NCBI GenBank assembly: GCA_019061405.1
Contig: JAHRAF010000005.1
Coordinates: forward strand, 4,188-68,187
DNA from: Wolbachia endosymbiont of Fragariocoptes setiger
Lineage (GTDB): Bacteria; Pseudomonadota; Alphaproteobacteria; Rickettsiales; Anaplasmataceae
Length of the DNA stretch: 64,000 bases
Direction: 5' to 3'
The notes below the pieces were generated by a model that saw only the letters and a list, made by a program, of their open reading frames with translations, was not told where the DNA came from and searched no databases. Shown piece by piece: positions 53,673-62,847 of this stretch. Made by a program: the position numbers and the translations under genes. Position 1 is the first letter of the stretch. The number at the start of each line of letters is the position of its first letter.

Positions 53673-54362
53673 ATGGTAGAAGTTTTTTTAAATAATACAA
53701 TAGAAAAAATTGAAGGTGAGTATCATCAAAGCAAAAATTTAGATTCACCAATTGCATTAGTATTGCATCATCATCCTCAGTATGGTGGAAACATGGAAAG
53801 TAAGATGGTTCATACTGTCTTCTCCTCCTTTGTTAATAATCACTTCTCTGTTTTAAAAATTAATTTTCGCGGCGTAGGAAAATCTACAGGCACTTTTGAC
53901 AAAGGTATGGGAGAACTAGTTGATGCCGCAATAGCAATTGATTGGCTACAAGAACATAATTCAAACAATGTACCAATTTGGGTTGCAGGTTTTTCTCTTG
54001 GAGCATGGGTAGCAATGCAACTAACAATGCGTCGTCCGGAGATAGTAGGGTTTATAGCTATTTCTCCTCCCTTAACTAATTATGACTTTTCTTTCCTTTC
54101 TCCATGCCCAGTACCTGGACTTGTTATACAGGGTAGTCATGACATCAGTTCAGATCAAGGTGATACACTACCTCTAGTAAAAAGGCTTGCTAGTACAGCA
54201 AAAGTTGATCATATGCAACATCATATAATAAATCATGGCAACCATTTTCTACGAAATAAAGAAGAGGAAGTTGGGGAGATCATAAGTAACTATATTCAAT
54301 CTAGATCCGATCTACAAAATGATTACCATAGTATTGAATTAAAAGAGGAAGAATATGTTTAA
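53673..54362 (+). CDS. Alpha/beta hydrolase (conserved next to cysteine desulfurase in alphaproteobacteria)
   Basis: HHHPQYGGNM, NFRGVGKS, nucleophile elbow GFSLG and NHF. Confidence 0.88.
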   Translation: MVEVFLNNTIEKIEGEYHQSKNLDSPIALVLHHHPQYGGNMESKMVHTVFSSFVNNHFSVLKINFRGVGKSTGTFDKGMGELVDAAIAIDWLQEHNSNNVPIWVAGFSLGAWVAMQLTMRRPEIVGFIAISPPLTNYDFSFLSPCPVPGLVIQGSHDISSDQGDTLPLVKRLASTAKVDHMQHHIINHGNHFLRNKEEEVGEIISNYIQSRSDLQNDYHSIELKEEEYV

Positions 54363-54500
54363 ATCATTAATGCTCTTATTACTAGCCTTCATAGTCTCAG
54401 GTTGTATACTGAACAAACAACGCAATCTAAAAAGCCCATGCCTTAAGAGCAATCAAGACATCTCGTGTAAACTATACCCTGTTAATGATCACTGGTTGAA
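54363..54500 (-). ncRNA. ssrS: Probable 6S RNA
   Basis: Minus strand folds as a rod: CAGG-GUAUA/UAUAC-AA-CCUG, central bubble with CACGAGAUGU (cf. E. coli CACAAGAAUGU), GAUGU/GCGUU, terminal GCUC/GGGC. G-U wobbles favour the minus strand; a TAAGAT -10 lies just upstream. Not confirmed with a covariance model. Confidence 0.5.
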
Positions 54501-54514
54501 AAAATCTTAAATAA

Positions 54515-55903
54515 ATGCGAATAGAATCAGATAGCCTCGGAAAAGTACAAGTGTCAAAAGAGCAGTACTGGGGAGCTCAGACACAACGCTCTTTGGAAAA
54601 TTTTAAAATAGGTACAGAAAAAATTCCTATTTCCCTAATCAAGGCTTTAGCTACTGTAAAATTAGCAGCAGCCAAAGTAAATATGGAATTTAATGCTATA
54701 GAGAAACAAATCGGAAATGTGATTTGTCAAGTTGCACAAGAGGTAATAGATGGTAAATTCAATAAAGAGTTTCCTCTTGTTGTATGGCAAACCGGTTCTG
54801 GTACACAAACTAACATGAACATTAACGAAGTTATAAGTAATCGTGCTATAGAAATACTAGGTGGTACATTAGGAAGTAAATTTCCTGTACATCCAAATGA
54901 CCACGTAAACTATGGTCAATCATCAAATGATACTTTTCCCACAGCAATGCACATAGCTGCAGCTCAACAAGTTAACAATTTACTCATTCCCAACTTGAAA
55001 AAGTTATATGAAGCTCTAGAAAAAAAGGTAGAAGAGTTCGAAAATATAATAAAGGTAGGACGTACACATTTACAAGACGCAACGCCACTAACATTGGGCC
55101 AAGAGTTTTCTGGATATGCAACTCAAATTAATAAGAGTATTGAAAGAGTGAAATCAGCTTTGAACAATGTTTATGAACTTGCACAAGGAGGAACAGCTGT
55201 TGGTACAGGACTCAATAGTAAACATGGATTTGCAGAAAATTTTGCTAAGGAAGTTGCAAAAATTACCAATTTACCTTTTACTTCCGCAAACAATAAATTT
55301 GAAGCATTGGCAGCAAATGATGCATTGATTGAACTAAGTGGTTCTCTCAATACTGTAGCAGTAAGTTTAATGAAAATAGCAAACGATATAAGACTTCTTG
55401 GATCAGGACCGAGATGCGGAATTGGTGAAATAATATTACCAGAAAATGAACCGGGGTCATCAATTATGCCAGGCAAAGTCAATCCCACACAATGTGAAGC
55501 AATAACGATGGTCTGTGCACAAGTGATGGGTAATCATGTTGCCGTAACAATTGGTGGTGCCAACGGTCATCTCGAACTTAATGTATTTAAACCACTAATA
55601 ATTTATAATGTCTTGCAGTCAATTCAACTTTTGAGTGATTCAAGCCTAAACTTTACAGAAAAGTGCATCTCTGGCATCACAGCAAATAAAAAAAGAATAG
55701 ACTCTCTGCTCAGTCAATCGCTAATGTTAGTCACTGCACTCAACACTCATATAGGCTATGATAATGCAGCTAAAATTGCTAAACTTGCATATCAAGAGAA
55801 TATAACTCTAAAAGAATCAGCGATCAAACTCTCCTTATTAACTAAAGAAGAGTTTGAAGAAATAGTAAAACCCGAAAAAATGGTATTCAGTAACAGCAAA
55901 TAG
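54515..55903 (+). CDS. fumC: Fumarate hydratase class II
   Basis: [26 protein letters not shown] and signature [11 protein letters not shown]. Confidence 0.98.
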   Translation: MRIESDSLGKVQVSKEQYWGAQTQRSLENFKIGTEKIPISLIKALATVKLAAAKVNMEFNAIEKQIGNVICQVAQEVIDGKFNKEFPLVVWQTGSGTQTNMNINEVISNRAIEILGGTLGSKFPVHPNDHVNYGQSSNDTFPTAMHIAAAQQVNNLLIPNLKKLYEALEKKVEEFENIIKVGRTHLQDATPLTLGQEFSGYATQINKSIERVKSALNNVYELAQGGTAVGTGLNSKHGFAENFAKEVAKITNLPFTSANNKFEALAANDALIELSGSLNTVAVSLMKIANDIRLLGSGPRCGIGEIILPENEPGSSIMPGKVNPTQCEAITMVCAQVMGNHVAVTIGGANGHLELNVFKPLIIYNVLQSIQLLSDSSLNFTEKCISGITANKKRIDSLLSQSLMLVTALNTHIGYDNAAKIAKLAYQENITLKESAIKLSLLTKEEFEEIVKPEKMVFSNSK

Positions 55904-56570
55904 CACTTTTCCAAAGTGTGTCATAGCTAGGAACTAATCCCTCTTCGTTATGGTTTTCTGCCACTGACATGAGTGCCGTTGTTGTAGTATTTGGAATACT
56001 AGCTGCTACCTTCTCAGCTATCTTATTAGCTACTTGAGTATTATCAGTACCAAGTTTTATTAAAAAATCTGTTCGTTTACTGTTCTCAAAATTACTAGCA
56101 TCCGTTTTGAGGAATGTATTACTTAGTGCAGTTGTAACAGTATTATCTACAATTTTTGTTGGTAATTCTGATACTGTGATTGGTTTGTGATCCGCTGTGG
56201 TTATTTTATTCAACAAATTAGTCACATCAGTGTCTGTTGCATCATTTTTATTAAGGAATGTATTACTCAAACTTTTTTCCAATGCATTATCGGTACCATC
56301 CTTTACTTCCAGCAACTTTTCAACAAAAATCTTATCTAAGCCTATACCATCAGTTTTAACAAAGTTACTTGTATCCACTGTAGTTAAACCTATTTCATTT
56401 TCAGTTAAACTCCCTCCTGATGGTTTATATCCTAGTTTAAACTTATCATTAGAAAAATCTATACTATACTCATTAGAGTCAGCATCTGTATAACATACAT
56501 ATTTTGTTTGAGATGGATTATTTGATTCACTACCATCTTTACTATTATAAAACCTTAAACCTGCTGTCAT
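55887..56570 (-). CDS. Hypothetical Thr/Asn-rich protein with xSNxFLKTD-like repeats
   Basis: AGGAG RBS; [18 protein letters not shown] and LSNTFLKTD; 14-bp direct repeat at 56110-56123 and 56254-56267. Confidence 0.7.
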   Translation of the reverse strand: MTAGLRFYNSKDGSESNNPSQTKYVCYTDADSNEYSIDFSNDKFKLGYKPSGGSLTENEIGLTTVDTSNFVKTDGIGLDKIFVEKLLEVKDGTDNALEKSLSNTFLNKNDATDTDVTNLLNKITTADHKPITVSELPTKIVDNTVTTALSNTFLKTDASNFENSKRTDFLIKLGTDNTQVANKIAEKVAASIPNTTTTALMSVAENHNEEGLVPSYDTLWKSAICCY

Positions 56571-56597
56571 ATTATCTCCTTTTAATTATCAAATGTT

Positions 56598-57386
56598 TTA
56601 GCTCTTGGTTGCAAAATGAACAGTCATACCCACTTCTATTCCATGCGTACCAAAATAATTGTTTTCTACTTTAAGCTTGTCACTAGTTTTTACAATGTTA
56701 TATGGTTTTGTTGCTTGGGTCATGACCTTGATTTGCTGATTTTTGAGAAATATCAAATTCTCCTGATACACCACTCATCACTCCAAAGTGCCTATACCCA
56801 ACATAAACATATCGGTATCTTCAGTCATTCTATAGTTAACACCAGCTTTTAATTGATATCCAAGCCCTATTGATTCTTTTTCAAAGATCTCTGTTCTCGT
56901 TACACCAATTCCCGCTCCGACATATGGCGAAAAAGAAAAACGATCTTTCCCACTGATAATACGTATTTATCATACCAGATATATTAGTAATCTGATCGTT
57001 ATTTAAATCGATTTTATATGTTGGTGAGCCTGATTCATTCTGATAATGAACAGATATTCTACCATCAGCACTGGCTTTCACTCGTGAATATGTGAACTCT
57101 AACTCAGTCTTATTTCTCCAGGATATAGTCCTTTGTAACCAAGAGCTACACTAGCAGCAAAAGGTGCATTATGATTAGGATTATATTTGGAAAAAGCAAT
57201 TCCTTTATCAGTATTACTATTTACGGTTAAACTATTACTATTTATATCATCTTTTAAACCAGTAATTTTAATTGAGCCATCGTGATTAAAGAATTCACCT
57301 TTATACCCACCCTGTGCATAAAAGCTGCCTGCAAAAGATTGCTGTGACAGCAACAAGGCAACGGCTAGGACTTTTTTATTTATCAT
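56598..57386 (-). pseudogene. Wsp/P44-Msp2 (Surface_Ag_2) family outer-membrane protein pseudogene
   Basis: Pieces in different frames: signal peptide + FYAQGGY..APFAASVALGY; ELEFTYS..NNDQITNISGMINTYY; FSPYVGAGIG..GYQLKAGV; VGYRHFG; THGIEVGMTVHFATKS*. At least four frameshifts. Confidence 0.85.
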
Positions 57387-57473
57387 GTATTATTCTCCAT
57401 TCATAAAAAAGGTGAGTCTAATATGAAATTCTTAAGAATAAATGATTACTAAAATAGACCTATGATATATATG

Positions 57474-57941
57474 TTATATCTCTTTTATCTCATTTAAAAC
57501 ATCATCAACATGTCCATTAACCTTAACATTTCTCCATATCTTGATTACTTTACCTTCTTTATCGATTAAAAAAGTTGCTCTCTCTATTCCCATGTATTTC
57601 TTTCCAAACATACTCTTTTCTATCCATACTCCATATTTTTCTAAAATCTCGCCATCTTCATCAGAAATTAGGTGAAACGGTAAATCATACTTCTTTTTAA
57701 AACTAGCGTGACATTTAACACTATCTTTTGAAACTCCAATTATGACTGTCTCATATAAAGAGAAGCTATCCATGTTATCCCTGAAACTTTGCGCCTCAAT
57801 TGTACATCCTGGAGTGTCATCTTTCGGATAAAAGTAAAGTACTACATTTTTTTTCTTTAAAAATGCATTTAGTGATAATTTTTCTCCAGAATCTGTTGGT
57901 AAAACAAAGTTAGGAGCAATATCTCCGATAATTAGTGTCAT
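57474..57941 (-). CDS. bcp: Peroxiredoxin Bcp/PrxQ
   Basis: VLYFYPKDDTPGCTIEA, GVSKDSVKCH and IERATFLID. Confidence 0.95.
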   Translation of the reverse strand: MTLIIGDIAPNFVLPTDSGEKLSLNAFLKKKNVVLYFYPKDDTPGCTIEAQSFRDNMDSFSLYETVIIGVSKDSVKCHASFKKKYDLPFHLISDEDGEILEKYGVWIEKSMFGKKYMGIERATFLIDKEGKVIKIWRNVKVNGHVDDVLNEIKEI

Positions 57942-57987
57942 ATGTATATAATTTTGATTGCTTTAATATATCACAATCTCTACATCA

Positions 57988-58405
57988 TTCAACCACTATG
58001 GTCTGTAAGTCCATAGTCTGAATTAAAAGAGAGAATGCTAATTGAAAATCACCAAATTTGTCATACTTTTTAGCATAGGCTTTTATCATCTGATCAGTCT
58101 GTTGTTCTCACAAAATAGCTTGTTATCCATAGATGATTTTCACCAATCTTAACTCTAGAAAATTTTGCTGTATCTTTCTGAAACTTTTCCCTTGCATTAG
58201 TGCTTAAGTACAGAAACATATATGATTTACAGTAACTCTACCTGATTCTCTCAACATATTCCTTGTACAATTTCTTTGGTCTTACTTCCTATATCACTCA
58301 CTAGTACAGGATTTTATTATGTGGTACCTACACTGCGTGGCTACCTTTCCTATACATTCTTTCAATTTCCATTTGAAAGGATAGAGCTCAAGTCCAGGGG
58401 TTTTC
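57988..58405 (-). mobile_element. tnpA: Degraded IS200/IS605-family element (tnpA fossil with end hairpin)
   Basis: Frame-broken translation from ATG 58357: MYRKGSHAV, RYHII, PVLVSDIGSKTKEIVQGIC, QGKSFRKIQQNF, HLWITSYFVRTT and DQMIKAY; subterminal hairpin ACTATGG/CCATAGT (57995-58017). Confidence 0.8.
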
Positions 58406-58437
58406 TCCCAAATTTGAGATAATAAATAATCTTTATA

Positions 58438-59430
58438 CTAAGGTAACCTTAACGATGGATTATTTGCATGTTGCTGCAAATCTATCAAAGTATTTAAATT
58501 ACTTGAAGGAGCATTGTTGCAATTTATAGCAAGGTTTTGAGTACTACAATTTCTTAAACTTTCACTACTCTTATTATTCATATAGTCTAAAAACTTTTTC
58601 AAAGAATCACTAAGAACTAAATCATTTATATATAGTTCCTTATTATATTCAGCTAGTTGTAAAACCTCTATCATATTATCAACTGGTTGATTATTCACAT
58701 AAGCACTACTTATTTTATTGATACCATTTTTATCAATATTAACAATAATTTTACATATTGCAGTGTTATCACTTTTCAGCTTTACAGGCCAACTTATTAC
58801 CATTTCATAATTTGCGTTCTCAAGAAACATGTAACACCTTGCATTATTGCTCTTTTTATAAAGAGTTATTTCCGATTTATAATTAGAACAAAGCATCAAT
58901 TTATCAGAATATTTTAAAATATCGCTAATCTTTGTTAAATCTTTTAGACTGCTATTAATAAGAGTAACTACCATAATTTTACGATTGTCCTTAGCAACTA
59001 TATTATAACCATCAAAACTTAATCCTGTACCAAAATATTTATTTACTATGTTATTAACCGCAACTTTTGATTTTTTCCAACTACTAGACATCTTGTCCCC
59101 CATATATTGACGAAAACACTCTTTGTAAAACAACGTGAAAAATGATCAATTAAATTGAGACTCTACCATAAATAAATCAAAGCTATAATCTTGCTCTTTA
59201 CATTTTGTAAAAAAATCAATGCATAGAGGTATTCTATTTATAGGAATATTCTTTCGTTTCATATACGCAATCACAGTTTGTAAAAGATTATCTACCTTAT
59301 TTGTATCATCATTAACATCTGATGTTACAATAGCTTTTTCCCTTTCATTACAATGATATCTTACTTCTTCAAAGCTCTCAAAACCATTAGGTGATTTATT
59401 ATTACCCTCAGGCATTTCTATGCTTGTCAT
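58438..59430 (-). pseudogene. Hypothetical gene split by one in-frame TGA
   Basis: 59146..59430 and 58438..59133 share a frame; TGA 59146-59148 is followed by TCA TTT TTC ACG TTG. Only the upstream piece has a promoter (TTGACT-N17-TAAGGT) and an AGGAG RBS. Confidence 0.6.
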
Positions 59431-59628
59431 TACTCTCCTTCCTGGTCTTAAAATATTATGTTAACTACCTTATTGATGCTTTGAGATATAGTCAAGCGAT
59501 AATTTTATATTACAATTCAACTATAATAAGATCCTTTTCGAAGGACTTGGGCAGAATAAACATACTTTCAACAAGCAGTTTACTAAAACTGAAAAATAGT
59601 CATAATAAGATAAATAACTTAAGATACT

Positions 59629-60915
59629 GTGTTAAGTCATCAGACAAAAGTATTGCTATCCAATATATTTTGTAGAATAGCAATATGGTATGACCATATG
59701 CTCTTTATTGACCTAGTGAATATAATCAGCAGAGAATTTTTTTGCGAAAGGCACAACGTTTACCACAATATATTTCAACTTTTTTTAATATCAGGAATAG
59801 GAGCGATTGCAAGACCCCTAGGTGCATTTATATTTGGTCACGTTGGAGATAAATATGGCCGAAAAATAGCATTACCTATCTCAATTCTTCTGGTATCAAT
59901 TCCATCAAGTATGATCTCAATTCTTCCTAGCAATAACGAATTAGGAATAGCTTCCTCTGTAATATTACTTATAGTTTATGTTATACAAGGAATTGGATTA
60001 GGAGCTGAACAGGGTGGAAGTTCTGTTTACATGATAGAACATCTATCTGATAAGAAAAAAAAACTTGGTATGCTTTTTGGTATTACAGGCTTTGGTCGCT
60101 CTATTGGTATATTTCTTGCCGCAATAGTGGTAATGATATGCAAAAAAGTAACTGATTTTGATAACTTTGGTTGGAGAATACCATTTGTTTTTTCAGCTGT
60201 ATTAGGGTTTATTAGCGCATACAGTATATTCAAGTTAGGAGAAACACCTCTATACAAATCAAGTAGCAAGCAAGTGAACTTACCTATAATAGAACTATTC
60301 AAACATTATAAAAGATCATTTACTCTTGCTATTTTGATAGCTGTTCCTGTAAATGTAGTTGTTGGATTTAGTATATTTCTCCGCACACTTGTAAAAGCAA
60401 TAATATCAGTAGAGCTGTATACGACAACTTATATAAATGAAATTGTCTCTATTGTTACTAGCATATTAATGCCTATATTTTCAATATTGTTTGGAATATT
60501 ATCTGACAAAATAGGAAGAGAAAGAACTTCAATTATTTTTATATTAATAACAATAATAATCAGTTGTCCCTTATTATCAATTGCATATCATTGCAAAAGC
60601 TATCTTATAATGATGTTAAGTATCATGACTCTTTCTTTAATAGAAAGAGGTATCAATCCAATAGGAATAATTGCACTTGAGTTGTTTCCCACTAACGTGA
60701 GGTTCAGTGGACTTACTTTATCAAGGAATATTTCATATGCTTTACATGGATCTTTTACTCCTATGATATGTATGTGGTTTACCATTATGTTTCCTCAGGT
60801 AAATTTTGCTGCAGGAATCTATGTAGCATTTTGTCTATTTATCAGTTTGATCGCAATATTGCAAATAAAGCCAACAGACAAAAAAGGGTTAATTTCTGAA
60901 AAATTTTTAGTTTAG
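59629..60915 (+). CDS. MFS transporter, ProP/metabolite:H+ symporter family
   Basis: 12 TM; ARPLGAFIFGHVGDKYGRK, QGIGLGAEQGG, GWRIPF, LSDKIGR and ELFPTNVRFSG. Confidence 0.9.
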   Translation: MLSHQTKVLLSNIFCRIAIWYDHMLFIDLVNIISREFFCERHNVYHNIFQLFLISGIGAIARPLGAFIFGHVGDKYGRKIALPISILLVSIPSSMISILPSNNELGIASSVILLIVYVIQGIGLGAEQGGSSVYMIEHLSDKKKKLGMLFGITGFGRSIGIFLAAIVVMICKKVTDFDNFGWRIPFVFSAVLGFISAYSIFKLGETPLYKSSSKQVNLPIIELFKHYKRSFTLAILIAVPVNVVVGFSIFLRTLVKAIISVELYTTTYINEIVSIVTSILMPIFSILFGILSDKIGRERTSIIFILITIIISCPLLSIAYHCKSYLIMMLSIMTLSLIERGINPIGIIALELFPTNVRFSGLTLSRNISYALHGSFTPMICMWFTIMFPQVNFAAGIYVAFCLFISLIAILQIKPTDKKGLISEKFLV

Positions 60916-60970
60916 AACTATTGCTATTATTTTATAATCTTGCTAAGATAATAGAAAGTTTATACATAAC

Positions 60971-61471
60971 ATGTACATATTATCTATACTTCTGTTTTCA
61001 TTAATATTTTCACTAAATCATACAAAACAACTACTAGTTTGCTCCTTTCTATTTGTATCCTCGACATTCATAGCAAATACCATAACAGAACTATACAGTA
61101 GAAAAAAGGCGATAAATATTCTATCACTATGTATATTAACAAGTATAATACTACTATGGAATACTCTCGACTTTATGTTAATACTCTCTTTTGCCGGAGT
61201 ATTTGTATCGATTTCTGTGAGTATGATGTTTCTTGGGAGCTCTAAAAATCTTTACTTTAGAAATTTTATAAGCTTAACTTTAGCTACGTTGATAGACAGC
61301 AGCATAGTAGCTCTTGGTCTACTAAGTAAGTTTCCTTTTAGTAAAGTCATTACCATAGGGATTAAGGATTGTATATTTAAATTATCTTACATATCTTTGA
61401 TAGGACTCTGTATGTTTTTAGTACTACAGTGGTTACTAAGAAGAAAAAAACATCTACAAAAAATATGCTAG
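60971..61471 (+). CDS. Putative VUT/YhhQ-family (queuosine precursor) transporter
   Basis: Small polytopic protein; TFIANTITELYSRKKA, RNFISLTLATLIDS and KDCIFK resemble YhhQ motifs. Confidence 0.55.
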   Translation: MYILSILLFSLIFSLNHTKQLLVCSFLFVSSTFIANTITELYSRKKAINILSLCILTSIILLWNTLDFMLILSFAGVFVSISVSMMFLGSSKNLYFRNFISLTLATLIDSSIVALGLLSKFPFSKVITIGIKDCIFKLSYISLIGLCMFLVLQWLLRRKKHLQKIC

Positions 61472-62729
61472 ACCCTTCCATATATATCATCTAATCTTAC
61501 TATATCATCTTCTGATATATAACTTCCTGTTTGAAATTCAACAATTTCAAGAGGCCCTGCTTCACCCTTGTTTTCAATTTTATGACAAGTATTCTTTGGT
61601 ATCATTATTGTATCGTTCTGCTCAAGAATATCAGTTTCTATTCCTAAGCTAATATGATATTCATTTCTATAATTGTGAAGTTGTTTAGATGTACAACTTA
61701 ATGGATTAATACAAAGATATTTTACAAGAAAATTCTTACCAACCAGAATAACGTTAAAAAATCCCCATGGTCTATATTCTGTATGAATGACCTTAACTCT
61801 CTTAATATTATTGATAAATGAAATTAAACTTTTACTAAGAACATGAGGATTTTCTGATATTTGCTCTAAAAAAAATTCTCCATCTTCTTCACATAAACAA
61901 TCATTAGGTGAAAAAGAGCATTGTGCCTAATCTCTTAATATTACAACTGAATTCCATGTTCCCACATCAATCCAATCAAATTCAACTTCTATCATTGCAA
62001 TATTTGTAGTCTTTTCCATCACTAAGTAATCAATAGAAATGTGCTGGACTCCTTGAAAATCCTCATGTGATAGATAAAGAAAATTTTCCTGTAAAGGATG
62101 ATGAGTAAGAGCTCTGCAACACAGTTCATAAAGATCAGGAGCAAATTTTTTAACCTCATCTATATAACGCTTTGCTTTAAATACAAAAATACCTGAATTC
62201 CAATAATGATCATTACTTAGTTCAACTTTTGGTTTTTCACAAAAACTTTTTACTATATGATACCCCTTATTTTGATCATATAATGCATTAATATACCCAT
62301 ACTCTGAATTAAACTCATAAGGTTTAATCCCTAAAGTAACTATAGCATCGTTTTTACATGTCACTTGACGTGCTTTTTCAATCACATCATGAAAATTATT
62401 TACATCTGTTATAAAATGATCTGAAGGCAAAACTAACATCACTTCATTCTCATCACACAAAAGCGTAGCCATCAATATGGCAGCAGCTGTACCAATTTTA
62501 ATTGGTTCAAAAATCACTTTGTATTCATGCAAAACATATAAATCCTTCATGACAAGAGATTTATATTGAATGTTTGTAGCAATTATAGGCGGGAAGATAG
62601 TCAACTTTTTAATCTCAGTAGAGTATCCTGAAACATCGTATGTTGACCAAACATATTATTAAATTGTTTTAGTCTAGAAAGTGGCCACAATCTATCTCCA
62701 CTGCCACCACATAGTACTATAGGACGCAT
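61468..62729 (-). pseudogene. manC: Mannose-1-phosphate guanylyltransferase / mannose-6-phosphate isomerase, disrupted
   Basis: ATG 62729 gives MRPIVLCGGSGDRLWPLSR; frameshift in an A5 run near 62606-62612; in-frame TAG 61927; then the cupin domain (YRPWG, CHKIEN, EFQTGSYISEDDIVR) is open to TAG 61468. Confidence 0.88.
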
Positions 62730-62847
62730 GGCTGAATTAGGTTAATTAGTTTATATTATATATTAAATATATAATAAATACAAGTTTTTAGTAATTTACA
62801 CTAAGTCAGTTGCACTTTAAAATAAGTGTTTATGCATTACAATTGAT

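Noticed and set aside
9051-55488. Long antisense or alternate-frame ORFs inside conserved genes (e.g. 9051..9458, 14579..14800, 15989..16294, 31713..32087, 51271..51843, 55171..55488)
   Set aside because: They are shadow ORFs opposite real genes, Ser/Leu/Phe-rich as expected from codon bias, with no RBS or motifs.
55887-55900. C-terminal CCY as a host prenylation signal
   Set aside because: Not a CaaX, and these codons overlap the antisense end of fumC, so they are probably incidental.
59391-59675. 94 aa + strand ORF
   Set aside because: It overlaps both flanking genes and spans promoter sequence; no RBS or coding-like composition.
3457-61929. Genetic-code change or general amber/opal read-through, suggested by in-frame TAG in trkH, ANK and manC and TGA in 58438..59430
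   Set aside because: TAG ends conserved genes at their normal positions (lysS, lysC, merR, manC) and TGA ends nuoD, pdxH and two virB6 genes. The disrupted genes also carry frameshifts or TAA.
62600-62615. Programmed -1 frameshift in manC
   Set aside because: The run is A5-G, not the canonical A-AAA-AAG, no stimulatory structure was seen, and a second lesion (TAG 61927) exists.
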